A stretch of DNA of 63,185 nt, counting the filler, from Reticulomyxa filosa (taxonomy: Eukaryota; Protista; Foraminifera), in NCBI GenBank assembly GCA_000512085.1. It is 21 parts of 21 records of this genome, joined end to end, with 100 filler letters (N's around TTAATTAATTAA, not from the genome) between each part and the next. Parts side by side here need not be neighbours in the genome. Positions count along the whole stretch, not along the records: positions 9,738 to 13,580 come from ASPP01027283.1; positions 13,681 to 14,944 come from ASPP01029145.1; positions 15,045 to 16,044 come from ASPP01043715.1; positions 16,145 to 17,828 come from ASPP01036995.1; positions 17,929 to 19,189 come from ASPP01013113.1; positions 19,290 to 20,420 come from ASPP01019040.1; positions 20,521 to 28,173 come from ASPP01008059.1; 14 more parts are not named here. The stretch is one strand, 5' to 3'. The notes under the pieces are model-generated. The model saw nothing but the letters and a program-made list of their open reading frames with translations, had not been told where the DNA came from and made no database searches. Positions 11,675 through 24,872 of this stretch are shown piece after piece (position 1 is the first letter of the stretch; each line of letters starts with the position of its first letter). Made by a program: the position numbers and the translations under genes.

Positions 11675-13272
11675 TCATACGACTGATGGTTTTGCACTAC
11701 AAAAAGGACATTTAGGTCTACTGATATTATCAACATTGCAACGATTCCAACCCATACTATATTCATAGTTTTTACAGTTTTTATTACTTTTACATGATTT
11801 TGATTGATATTGCAATGCCAATGGCATTGAACAGCCCCTGGATGAGGACTTTGAAATCGACATAGAATATTCTACGTAATCTTTTTTACTTGCCAATAAG
11901 CCAACTCCCAAAAAAAAAACCCCCGAGGAATCTCCAAAATTTTTCTATTCAAAACCTCGATGCCCATCGTGACTTAAACCAAACATGCAAAATTAAAAAA
12001 GAAACTTTGTTTCTCTATTTAACGAGTTACACACAGATAAATATGTCTTCTTTGTCCTCATGTTCATGCCGAATTGTGTGATGGCCGACCCCTCCTCGGA
12101 CGTTGCACTTGTTCGGGAGAACAAAGGCCAATAGTTCATTAGCAGGAGGTTTTAGTTTTACCATATATGTATCACTTTTTTCTGTTGCAATGCATTTCTT
12201 TTTAGATGGAGACAATTGATGATTTACTTTATTTTTTGTTGACTTTTTGGTTGATTTTTTCCAAGGAATAAAATGGCATTGCCATTTTATTTCTCTTGTC
12301 TCCATTTCCGCTGGCGGTTGATAACCGGCTTGACTGCCACAGATAATGTGAGAAAGAAGACGTAATTTGCTTGGTTTGGTTGCACAATTGGAGTCGTTGG
12401 CCACCCTCCCTTCATTTTGGAATTCTTCTCCAACTTCAGTCTGTACTTCGCGTTCTTCCGGTATCAGGGATAATGAGTGTTTACATCCACCACTTGGGAG
12501 CGATTTGCGATGATCTTGCTCGAATGAGGTGTTGCAAGTCTCTGAGTTGGCTTTTCGAGAGCAAAGGGATCATGGAAAGGCAAAAAGACGTCAAAACAAA
12601 AAAAAAAAAAAAAAAAAAAAAACGCTATTATTTATTTTTTTTTTTTTGCAAACTCAGCAAAAGCGCAGTCCTGATTGAAAAACAATAGATATTAATGTCG
12701 CATACAACCAAACTGTGATAAGAGGTGTGAGTGTTTCTACAAGAATAATTTAGTTTTTGTGCGACGACATCCCACAACATCCACTGTTCGTCTGTTGACA
12801 TGTGTTGCGTTAACTCGCAACGTCTAAAGTAGTCCACAAATCCATCTTTGTCACGCGACGACACAAACAATGCAAAGTTAACCATATCTGTTTCTTTCAA
12901 GTTTTTTATGACATCTTTTATTACCGTAATTGTCACCTCTTGTTTTATGTTGTTTGCCCTCTCCATTGTGCTCGTTCTTGGCGCAGTTTTGCTACTTGGA
13001 AAAGATTCCATTTCAATTTTAATTGCTATCCACACTTTGTTTCGATTGCCCGCATCAACAACCCCGTAGTGTTCTAAGCAAGCATCAAACTCTTGACGCT
13101 GCTTCTTTTCCACCATTTCTACTAGCACGTGCTGCACACTCAAAGGAACCTTATACAAGTGTGGCTTGGAATTAATACTGTTCAGAGTATGCACTGACCT
13201 GCAGTCATAAGTTGTTGCCTCCGAAAACCCGCCATTCACTACAGGCCGGTTTACTAAGGCGTTAGCAGACAT
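11675..13272 (-). CDS. Hypothetical multi-exon protein with a Cys-containing C-terminal segment
   Basis: Colinear minus-strand ORFs (12628-13272, 12027-12404, 11675-11911) separated by intron-like poly-T/A tracts; no family recognised. Confidence 0.45.
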
Positions 13273-13680
13273 TTTCGTTTCGTATTTATTTTTTTTGCCT
13301 TGTTTCTGCTATTCTGAAGGGTATGGTTGTTGTTACTTGTCATAAAAACTAAATAAAATGGACAACTCATAAAACAATTTTTCTTTTTAGCCTTTTCCCC
13401 TTATTACTCCTTTTTCAACTTTTATTAAGGGGTATTTATTTGTTTCTTTCTCATTACTTTTTTTTGACGTGTTTAACCTCAAAAAGTAAATCTTATGAGC
13501 AAATATTCAACATCAGCAGATTTTTTTCTTTTCTGAGCGCAAACATTGTTTAGCATATGATCGATAAATCGGAACAAAAANNNNNNNNNNNNNNNNNNNN
13601 NNNNNNNNNNNNNNNNNNNNNNNNTTAATTAATTAANNNNNNNNNNNNNNNNNNNNNNNNNNNNNNNNNNNNNNNNNNNN

Positions 13681-14944
13681 CTTGATTGTCATATTTTACT
13701 GCTTCATTAATTGATGCAATCAAACCACGTTGTAAGATTCGAAGAATTACTTCCGTTTTTTTATTTCCTCCAGCCAAATTATCATCAGGTAATTTTACCA
13801 ACAACGCCGTTAATACTTTTAATGTATTTAAAAATAGAACTGAATCGACATCTGACTTTTTCAATATTTTTACCAATAAATCAATTCCTTGATCCGCGCT
13901 CAATAACAATGCAGTATCTATTTAAAAGAGAAAATAAAATAATATTACAATTAATAATTTATTTTATTTATAAAAAAAATACCTTGATTTGCAGCCAGAT
14001 TATGTAACACAGAAGCAGCGGCCAATCTTACAGTATCTGGACTGTCAGGATCACTATACAAGTTGTCCAATAACTGTAATCCTCCTTGCATTACAAATGC
14101 CTCTCCATTAGCAGCTAATGCACATAAATTACACAACACACCCATCGAACCTTCTACAACTTCTTTAGCACTGCGATATTCTTCAAGTCCTTGTACAATA
14201 GTACTGACACCATCAGGTCCAATAGCACCTTGTCCTTTTGGATCAGCTGCAATGTTCCGCAAAGCCAAACATCCTGCTGAATGAACACGAGATCCTTCAT
14301 CTTTTCCACGATGATATGCCATTCCTTTTAATATTTGGCTTACTACTTCCGTTTCTAATGCCATTACTCGATGTCCTAAATTTAATAATTATAAACATTA
14401 CTTCAATTTTTTTTAATAATTAAAACAATAATAAAAAAAAAGACATACTTGGATGATCGTGACAAAAATTACATACTGCATTAAATGCCAAAATTACAAA
14501 TGGACGATAACTGATATGATCTTGAATACCTTGGGACAAATAAAATACACCATTGGCAGTAGCAGCATACTGTTTACACGCAGGATGAGCACATAATACA
14601 ACACAAGCAGCGCAACATGACATTTGAATTGCAACATCTCCTTGGGTAGCATGCATCACAGCAAATACTATGTCGAGACCACCTTTACTTAAAATATCCT
14701 CGCATTTTTCTTTCATTATTTTTTACCAAATCAAACAAAACATTTCAATTAAAAATAGTAAAAAAAAATGGTAAATCATAACAAAATTCATACCACTGTC
14801 TGTTGCTAATTGTGTTAAATAGCGACATGCTTGAGTCATCTTGAAATCATTTCTATGTTCCAATTTCGCACCATTTTGTAAGTACGATAAAGTTTCATCG
14901 ACACTCCATTCAGTAATTGGTTTATCTATATCATTATTATTCGT
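13681..14944 (-). CDS. Armadillo-repeat protein fragment (both ends truncated)
   Basis: Repeated ARM units across exons: GGLDIVFAVM...ACVVLC, AGCLALRNIA, GVLCNLC and ASVLHNLA. Confidence 0.8.
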
Positions 14945-15044
14945 NNNNNNNNNNNNNNNNNNNNNNNNNNNNNNNNNNNNNNNNNNNNTTAATTAATTAA
15001 NNNNNNNNNNNNNNNNNNNNNNNNNNNNNNNNNNNNNNNNNNNN

Positions 15045-16044
15045 AACAAACAAACAAACAAAAAACTGGAATAAATAACTTCTTTGAGAGTGTGCAAATC
15101 GATAAATTGTGGATTCGCGGTGGCCGGAGTGGCTCCAGTACACTGACTCTGGAGCCACTGGTCTCTTAAAGCGAGCTGCTCCACTAGCTTTTGTATTGTC
15201 AAGTCTTTTTGTCGGATCATATGCCTACACAAGGTGTTGTTATCTTCCAGCGTAATCTTGTCGATTTGAAGTTTGTGCACTCGATATTCCATTTCGAGCG
15301 CTTTCCGTGTCTCTTTATGTTCTGGTACACCTAATTGTGCAATCTTTTCATTACGTAGTGACTCCATCTTTTCGTAAACTAACTCTATCTTTTCCACTAT
15401 GCTTTTCTTTTCCGTCTTTTTTTCAGTTAGTTCCTTTTCGATTGCGTCACTATGCGATAAGTCCATTTTTACAGGATGTTCGGTCAGTAATTCTTGTTCT
15501 GTTGGTGCAATACCCTTTTGCACAGCTTCGTTGACTGAAGTACCGACATTTGGTATATTATTCTATTGAAAAAGATATACACATGCATGCATGAATTTTG
15601 TTCTGACGAGTTAAACAAGCAACAATTGTCAATCGGTTACACAAAAGTATATGCATATATATATTTTTTTTCTTGCTACTTGAAGGTCATTTTTCTTATT
15701 TGCAAGAGTCAGTATTTTTTCTTCGCACTCCGACAGAGCCCGCTTCAACACCAGTAAGGTGGAAAATTTTTCAGTCATTTCCGCTCGTATCTCTTCGATA
15801 AGTTGTCGCTTCTTAGGTGATACCATGCCAAGGAACTTTGTTGCAGCTTCACGGTCATGGTCTTTACTTAGACTATAATCTGCAAATGCTTGTGGAATGA
15901 ACTTTTGATTTTCAAAGGCGTGATAACGATCCTTTAAGCTAGTTAACTCTTTTTTCAGTTCATCAATTATGTTTTTGTATTCGCTGATATGTGCCTCTAC
16001 TGTAAACACATTTTTTCGCAAATTGGTTCGAATATTTTTTGCTC
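15045..16044 (-). CDS. Kinesin (kinesin-8-like) neck and coiled-coil stalk fragment
   Basis: The contig edge reads RAKNIRTNLRKNVFTVEAHISEYKNIIDELKKE, typical of the motor end and neck of KIF18/19-type kinesins, followed by coiled coil. Confidence 0.7.
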
Positions 16045-17928
16045 NNNNNNNNNNNNNNNNNNNNNNNNNNNNNNNNNNNNNNNNNNNNTTAATTAATTAA
16101 NNNNNNNNNNNNNNNNNNNNNNNNNNNNNNNNNNNNNNNNNNNNTTTGTTTTGTTTATTTAATATAATAAATAAATAAATAAATATATATATATATATAT
16201 ATATGTACATATACATACACGTATACGAAAGACATTGATAAAGTGTTCCTGCAATTGTCCGAACTGAACTTGTATGCAGCGATACAATCGAATCGCGAAT
16301 TTGTGGCTCATTCAAGGTGATAGAGTCATCTCGATACATGCGACATTGGCAAGGCTGTGTTTGTGGAGTCGATCAGCTTTTATGATCGATAAATGTTTCG
16401 CATTTTGTTGGGTCGCAAGTCCGCGAAGGAGAATGTGAAAAGCGACAAGCGACGGAAGTTGGTGGAATTGAACCCTTTCAATAAAGACGAACCAAATATA
16501 TCAAAGTGATAATGGAATGTATCCTGATTTGCCATCCCATTTCATGATAACGGTATTTGCAATATCTCTCACAACATGCTTATGAAGGGATTTACAAGCA
16601 AAAAGTGAAACACCTTCTGAAGGTAATAACAAAATGTTGCATCCACATATGAATGCATTCAATCTCACTCACAATGATATCCGAATTGATCCATTGTATG
16701 GACACAAGTCAAGTGAGCGGATTGATGGTGTTTGATAAATCTTTACTTACCATCAAAGAATTACTTGATCAATGGAATAACTTTAACAACAACAACAACA
16801 ATATCATGCACGCTTCTTACTAATAATTTGTCCAATTACATTCCAACAAATATTAATGGATGATAGATCGATCAATTGCTCATTAAATTAGACCAATATT
16901 GGTCAGTTGTGTATAATATACTTTTTTTAGTGTTATACATTTTCTTCATTGTGATCATGGCTCCGAATGACGAAACAAGTGCTAATTCTGATCTCAAGCG
17001 TCCCGAAAATAAATAAATATATATATGTATATATCACGTGGCGCCAAGAAGAAAAGAAATCAGGATTTCTTTAACGAAAATAAAATTGGTTGCTTGATAA
17101 AGCTGTGGAGTTGAGATGCTTTGAGCTTGCTCAACTCAACAAAAATGATTTGTATGGAAGATGAGAAAAGCAAAAATTCAATAAAATTTTGAAATCGACA
17201 TGATGAAATATGTCAATCATCATTGCAGTGCATGTATTAAAGTCTTTGAAAAAAATGAAAAAAAAAGTCGATGAGCTACCCCATCAACTGTCACAACAAG
17301 GTGCCTTCTTATATTAATTGTGACATGGAAACGTCAAGGACACAAAAATACGCTTGCAATTTACAGTACTAGCGTTGGATAACAAACTTTATTATTGAAA
17401 GAAGTTCCCAACCATTGGGATTTGCAAATTGAAAAATTGTTGTTTGGCTCTACTGTAAACACAGCACCCAACCACTAAAAAGCAAATAACTTCTCACTGT
17501 TCAATGCCTGCAATGTTTTAATTGCAATCAGTTGCCAACAAAATTATGAGCAAGCGTGTAAATTACTTTATTTTTCTCTTCCCTTTTTTAATTTTTTTTT
17601 TCGGCTGGCGCAAAGCAAGTGAAGAGAATCTCTTTTCGAAATCATCTGTATCACTCGTTAATAACGTGCATCCAAGTTTGCAAGCTGTGTTTCATTTTTC
17701 CTTGAAGTAAAAAAAGAATAATGATAATTGCAGCAACCGAAGAATTAACTATTTGGAGAATATACAGTCCAGATGTAGTTAAGATGAGATTCTGTTTCAC
17801 CTGTAGAAATAAACGTACATTCTTTTTANNNNNNNNNNNNNNNNNNNNNNNNNNNNNNNNNNNNNNNNNNNNTTAATTAATTAANNNNNNNNNNNNNNNN
17901 NNNNNNNNNNNNNNNNNNNNNNNNNNNN

Positions 17929-19189
17929 GAACTTACTATCTATTTTTGTTGTGTTTGTTTGTGAATTCTTTAGTTTGACAGATCTTGCTTCAATTCTCAA
18001 AAAAAAAAAAAACAACTTCAAAAGCGCGGCCTTTGATTGGTCCGTATTTATCATTTTCATCACTAAGCCATTTGGTATGAAAGGCTTGATTAATCTCCAA
18101 TTGGTTGTGTAAGTTCAGCTTTGTGCCATATTGCGATGCGTACAACAACAAGTCACTAAACAAGAAAAAATGATAGACTCGGTCTTGTTTGCGACACACT
18201 TTCCACAATTTTCCTCGTCGAACAAATTGTCGTGCAGGTGCCAATAGTTTAACATTTTGTGTGAATTTCCTTTCGATTTCCTTCACTTCCTCACGTCTCG
18301 TGAATTCTTTCATTCGGTCGTTTATTTGGGTGCTTACCTTTGTTTTGTTCGTTTATTTGTTGTTTTGTTTGTTTGTTTGTTTGTTTGTTTTTTTTCCTCT
18401 GAGCCTTTTTTATTCAAAACAAACCTCTTTGATGGATTCCAAAGTTTTTTCTAAAGGAGCATAGTCGGGGTGATTGTTGTCCGTATTTTTCAGCACCTCC
18501 TAATATCACAAGAACAATTCATACGTATGTCATTGCCTTACTCTTCCGTTTTTGTGTGCGAAACTGATAGTAGCAGTCTATACCGAGGGATCCTTTGAAT
18601 TGGTAGTATTAGTAAACTGTCCGTTTTTTATATCATATGTTTGTTGCTTTTTCAAAAAAAAAAAAAAGAAGCATTAGAGAAAAAAAACTCAAAGTAATGC
18701 AAAGTAAAGAACAAAAAAAAAAAAAAAAAGAACATAACACAAACTTATACGTACCTTGCCAAGTCGAATCCATTGCATTCTCCTCGCACAGATTTATTGT
18801 AATCATTCCACTGTTCTCACACAGTCAAATAAAAAAGTGCAATGCACTCACAGATGATTACACGAGTTGTCAAATAAAATTAAAAATTAAAAATAAAATA
18901 AAAAAAATAAAAAATGAAAGCAACTTTTTGCTTTGACTCTAATTTTCTCATCAATGTTATTGCTTTATCGTAGTTATTCATATATCTATTGACACATTTG
19001 CAATCGGGTATTTCATTTCGTATTTCGTCAAAGTCTAACAAAACAAAGTAACTAAACTGTTGATACATTCGAAAATAGGGCACAAACTGCTCTACCAAAT
19101 CTGAAAGTTGACTTCCATTTGGATCCCAAATTTTTCTTCGTTCCGTCAAATCTTTATTTGTTTTATTCATTTTCTTGTTTTTTTTTTTT
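17929..19189 (-). CDS. DH-PH RhoGEF (FGD-like) fragment, multi-exon
   Basis: Motifs PYFRMYQQ/YMNNYDKA, LLILPIQRIPRYRLLL, HPDY, RQFVRRGKLWKVCRK and YHFFLFSDLLLYA. Confidence 0.9.
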
Positions 19190-19289
19190 NNNNNNNNNNN
19201 NNNNNNNNNNNNNNNNNNNNNNNNNNNNNNNNNTTAATTAATTAANNNNNNNNNNNNNNNNNNNNNNNNNNNNNNNNNNNNNNNNNNNN

Positions 19290-20420
19290 TGCGTATGGCC
19301 GACTTTGCAAAAATGAGAGCGATGCGTCATACCCGCTATGTGTCAACAACATCAAGTTATCCATGATGACACTTACGGGTTTGATTTGCAGCTTGCACTT
19401 TTGCACAAGTTTTAATGGCATTGGAGCCGCCACTAGACTTTGTCCATTTTTTAATCATAAGTTTTCGTTTTTACTTAGTTTCCATACGTGTGCCATCAAT
19501 TGAATAGTACTTCGTCACTGTAAGAATCTTTGTAATTTTTTATTGATATTGTGGTTTTAGTTAAGGGGTGCTGTTTCTTTATCATAATACGAGTAAATAA
19601 TAGAATATAACAGAAAATGACGCAAGATTCAAGGTTAAGCCAAAACGGATCTAGTCTTTTTGCTTCTAACCGCACAAACAACTACAAGTTTGACTATTAT
19701 AATCTCAGCAACGAAATTCTTGATACTATTAAGTTGCATAAGTATGCAGACGCTGTTTTTTATTCAAATAAAGTGAGCGAAAGTCTCAATGGATTGAACT
19801 CGCATCTTTGTGTATATGATGGCAAATATAATCAAATGATAGAAAGATTACGATGAGTTGTTGCGATATTGTTTCATTAATATGGAATACGAAAGATTTA
19901 TTCATTGCGTTTGATTAATGCAAAAGACAGCGAACATGAACTGAAACTGACTAAAAAAAATTTGCTCAAGAGTTAGAAAAAAAGACGAAGGTTTGACGAG
20001 CAATTATCTGGATATTTTACGGTAGTAATTCTTAAAGATATGAGTTTGCGAAAAGAGTGACGAAAATGCGTTAGCCTCGAGAAAGCTTAAAAAAAATCAC
20101 AAAATGTTATGAAAAAAATATATACTAAGACAAGTTATAAAAAATAGTGTCATTTAAAACAGAAAAGAACAAAACGCTAAAATGGAGTCGTTGAAAGAGG
20201 ACTTGCAATTGTGGTATATAAAACTGTCAATTTGAGACATTTGGGATGGAACATTCCACTTTATCGTGTTGATGAACTGTTGAAGTATTCCACGTGATGT
20301 TGCTGGTGCTCGTTTTGTTTAATTTTGATAGTCAATTTTCTATCAGACCCTTCATTCAATCTGTTTACTTACGCAGAGACTTCAAAGGAGCATTTCTGCA
20401 AACCAAATTGATTATCATCT
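19290..20420 (+). pseudogene. Degenerate coding-like remnant, possibly of a TRAF/RING zinc-finger family
   Basis: Scattered Cys/His-containing peptides and coiled-coil-like stretches interrupted by stops; weak support. Confidence 0.25.
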
Positions 20421-21329
20421 NNNNNNNNNNNNNNNNNNNNNNNNNNNNNNNNNNNNNNNNNNNNTTAATTAATTAANNNNNNNNNNNNNNNNNNNNNNNN
20501 NNNNNNNNNNNNNNNNNNNNATTTACGTTGAATTGACAAATAGATTATTTAGATTTTTAAGTGGACATCGATCCTACGAGGAAAAATGAATTTAAAAGAT
20601 AAATTAAAAGCGACAGCAGTAAGCAGCAAATTTTTTTCCCGCCTCTTTAGCGGTGTTTCGCGTTTTAAGATTACTGTTATTTTTCCTCTTTTTCCAAATT
20701 TGATAGTGAAACTTTTTTAAATGATGATATTTTTCATCGACAACATTATGAGCCAAACATATGGTTGTGAGTAACTTGACGGTCTGAGTTTTTAGAAATT
20801 GTTTTTTTTTTTTGCTTGGGATTGGATAAAATAAATTGTGTTGTGATTAAAAATAGTTGAATTAACAATGATTAATCTGGAACTCGATGTCGAAATATTC
20901 AAATATGCAAGTGGCAAAATTTTTTTTTAAAATGTTTAAAATAAAAATTTGTTATTTAAAATATTTTTAAAAGTTTTAATTAAATCTGCTTTGTTCACAC
21001 AACTACTCTTTATCTAATGGAAATCTAAGAGATTTTTGATTGTTGATGCCTTGCATCTACAGCACTATTTCTTTGAAAACATTCTCCGAAAAATAATAGT
21101 AAATGTGATATGACAATTCTGATTTTTATTTAATGTTACTGTGTCCGGCACTGCGAGTTCATGGCACTTGAGCTATACTCTCCAAGTAGATCAAAAGGAG
21201 TTTGAGTGAATACCCACAACATTGCAAAAAATAATTTAAAAAACTTTAACGACTTGAAGCTGTCCTCAGCCAAATTTTTGGGAGAAAATAATTGAAATAA
21301 TAATAATAGCGGTAATTTTTCCTCAATCA

Positions 21330-23605
21330 ATGTGCTGCTGTTCATGTTGTGAATCATGTTGTGATTGTTGTAGTTCGTGTTGCCCAGACTGTGAAGACAT
21401 AAGTTTCTTGACCCAAACACTCGTTTATTTGTTGTGTTTTCTCCTCTTTTTTTTGTCTCCCTGGATTGACACAGAGAGAAAAAAAGAAAAGTTTTTTCAA
21501 ATACTGGTTTTGTTTTTTTTCTCCTCCAAGAGAGAGAATCAAATAAAATATGATAATGGCTACAAAAAAAGTGTACCCATTGGGGATGAATGGGGGGAAG
21601 CATAGAAAATTGTTTAAATGAAACGACACAAGACTATGAAATAACAATGACGCAAATATTTAGCCGTTGCGGTGCAAGATGTGTGTCTCCTCGAAACAAC
21701 ATAGCAATGATGTTTATGCTATTTCTGTTTGAAGTGGGTGTGTTTGTGATGGTATGCATTATATTGAATATGATATTGCACAAGCCTGATTTCAAGTTTG
21801 ACCAATCTGATCTGAGCGAAATACAATGGAGCGCGGCGTGTAGTATATCGCAACACTCGTTGCAAAGTGCATTTGATCATAGCAAACTATTGTTGCCATT
21901 GCATGCAGCTCTTTATCTACGTGCGCATTTTTCATTTGTTTTTTTTGCTATCCGCCAAAAGGTCCAATTATTGGTTGTTGTCTCAGGTAAGAAGGTTTGT
22001 CTATGTTTGTGTTTGTATTGTATTTTTTTTTTTTTTTTTTGATGTCAATGTATATGATTGCGTGTGTGTGTATGTATGTATGTATGTTTTCACCCAATCA
22101 AAAAAAAAATATATATACATATATGTATATGTATATGTACATATCATGTATATACGTATACATATCTTTTTTGTTGTTATTGTTGGGAGGAAAGATACCC
22201 CTTTGTGATATCATGCTTAATATATTGTTGGTTTTTGTATAACACGTATTCGACGATTAAAGATGAGGATTGCATTGTCAGTGTCAATGAAAGCAACGAG
22301 GTGTCTCATCGAATCAACGAGTTGGAAACATTTTCTTTGAATCTATGCCTCCATTATTTGGGATTGCTCTTGTTCATGTTCCCGACCATTAGTGGCGTAT
22401 ACTTGACGTGCTACAAAGTCAAACGTCTCTTTTGCAGACTTCTTGATTGCTGTCTCCGCGGCTATGTCCACGTCGTCACTGCCATTTCGTGTTGCCATTG
22501 TCTCTTTGTCACGCTGACTTGTTGCTGTCTGCACGGAGAGAGACAGGTTCTGTTGCAAAGAAGGCAGTCGTACCAGCGCGTCCAATCCAACAATTGGACA
22601 ACTGATCAAAGAAAAAAACTTGTTCAACTTTCTCCAGGTGTTGTGACTATTAATATTATCTTAAATTTTTTTTTTTTTTTTTTTTGATGAGCAACCCCCC
22701 CTTTTTTTTTTTTTGTTTCCCTCCTTCAAAATGATTTTGCATAGGAATGTGTCCAGTCTGTTTCGAAGAGGCAGAGCTTATAGTTATGCGGGGGTGCCAA
22801 CATGCATGCTGCAAGGAGTGCTTGCGCCAGTACTTGCAAACTGATTTGAAAAATATTACTTCGTATCCCCGACGGTGCTGGTACTTAAATTGCAATACAT
22901 TGATTGCATACCATGAAGCAGAATATGTGCTTAATGAACAACAACTTATGATTTACGATCAACTCCTTGTCAAATCTAGTGTTCATAATGCTGAACAAAT
23001 TGTTATGTATATATATGCATATACACATATATATATTTTTTTTTTTTTTTTATGTACATACATAATTCCCCTCTTTTTTTTATTTTTAAAAAAAAACCAC
23101 CCCATTTTAGACATGCCCATCTTGTAGTGCGGTGATGGTAAAACCCTACGATCGAGCAGGTTTGATGCAATGTTCCAATTCCAGTTGTCGAGCTGATTTG
23201 TGTGCGTCGTGTGGTGTCCTTTGGCATCGTAATCAAACTTGCAAAGAGTTTCAAACATACTTCAGTCGACTCACTGAAGAGGCGGACGCGGCATTTGATG
23301 ATTTGGTCAAGAAACAAAACTGGAGGCATTGCCCACGTTGTGGCCTTGTCGTCGATCGCATCGAAGGGTGTTATCATATGACGCACATGGGATGCGAAAA
23401 AGGAGACAACCACCGCACTGATTTTTGCTATTTTTGCGGTGAGGAACTCACTAAAAAAGATGGTGAGGGCTGGAGGTATAGTAAATTGACAAATGAAAAA
23501 CATTTTCCTAATGGAGTATATTCCAAATGTACTAAAGTTGAACGGGACAGTACTACTGACTCACAAGAAGTTAATCGTACACCGCTGCTTGGAAGTCTAC
23601 TTTAA
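21330..23605 (+). CDS. RBR (RING1-IBR-RING2) E3 ubiquitin ligase with an N-terminal Cys-rich and multi-pass membrane region
   Basis: RING1 CPVCFEE..CQHACCKEC, IBR CPSC..QC..C..DLCASCGVLWH and RING2 HCPRC..VDRIEGCYHMTH..FCYFCG (catalytic Cys present); upstream exons encode hydrophobic helices. Confidence 0.88.
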
Positions 23606-24260
23606 CAGCTATTATTGCTTACATTATCTATGGTATTACCTTCCTTATTTTTCTTTTTATTACTCTTGGAGAAACAATGACTTTGTTTTCTTTTCTTTTG
23701 TAACGTTTTTGATTGATTTTACACTTCATCAAAACTCAGTGTCATCAACTTTCATCGACTTCGACATAAGCATTATTTTGAAATTTTTTGCATTTATTAT
23801 CACAAAGTTTATATTAGATTCACCTATGTAACTATACACTGAAGTTTTGTCATGTTTCCAATTAAATCGTTTGAATTGACAAACAAAATAAAATTTTCGA
23901 GTTTTTCACAAAATTTAACATAATTACAAAAATTATTTTAAAAATTAAAAAATTAGTATACCAACAATATTCAAAACAAATGAATTGCTGAAAGCAATTT
24001 TTTTTATTTGGTACTCTTGACAAGCTCTTGAAGGTTTGACTTTGTTGTAACTTAAAGGGATCAGTATTGTTTGATTTGCTTTTATTTCTTAGATATCAAT
24101 TTACTTAAAATTAAATAAACAGATTTCACTACATGATAAAAATTTATGAATGGTAAGAGTAATATATAATGCTTAGAGAATATTATAATGATATTTAAGA
24201 AAGAGCAACATCGAGACACTATTAGGAAAAGCAAATAAAGAACTACAAATTGAGATATCA

Positions 24261-24485
24261 TGCTTGGAGTAAGGCCCTACTACGACTTTCTAAGTGCTAA
24301 GGGAACGGTGGAGCCTCAGTGTGTTAAAACTTTCTTCACAAACACAACTCACTTTTGTCTTGCTTTTTTTACTCTTTTCTTTTTTGTTGCAATTATTGTT
24401 GTTAATTTATTTTTTCTTTACTGAAATTGATTTTTGGAACTAAGTTCCTTTCGTACTACACTTAGTCTGTCTCACTGTCACTACA
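24261..24485 (+). mobile_element. Third copy of the solo-LTR-like repeat family
   Basis: Homologous to 3515-3734 and ends in CTACA; the left boundary and TSD are ambiguous (CATG occurs at 24259-24262 and 24486-24489). Confidence 0.6.
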
Positions 24486-24872
24486 CATGTGACGAAATGT
24501 GTCTGAGCACAAAATAACAAAGCAGTGTTGACTCCGTTAATTTTTTCTCTGTCGCTTCGAAATCTTAATTAATTGATGTTATCAAATTTTGGAAACAACG
24601 ATCGAAATTCTCAAAGTTGGTGAAAGTAACAATGTCAAAAGTTGCACTTCTTAGTATCTTTTTTTTACGAGTTTTTCTTGTTTTCACACTACATGTTCTT
24701 CCAAATCTGAAAGTTTAAAGAATGACAAAATTGTCATTTCAAAACCTCACATTAATGTTCAGACCAAAATTCGTTGGAAAAGGACAACTAAATTAAAAGA
24801 TTAAGGAATTAAATAAGAATTTTTTTAATTTGCAAGAAAACTAATAATTCTGCATCAAAAAGTGGTTGTATT

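Noticed and set aside
14880-14944. SAM-like start (KPITEWSVDETLSYL) suggesting a SARM1-like ARM-SAM-TIR protein
   Set aside because: Only the first helix pattern is present, it runs straight into ARM repeats, and no TIR is visible.
16220-16860. Coding-like stretch on the + strand
   Set aside because: It has multiple stops and frameshifts and no recognisable family; probably an old pseudogene.
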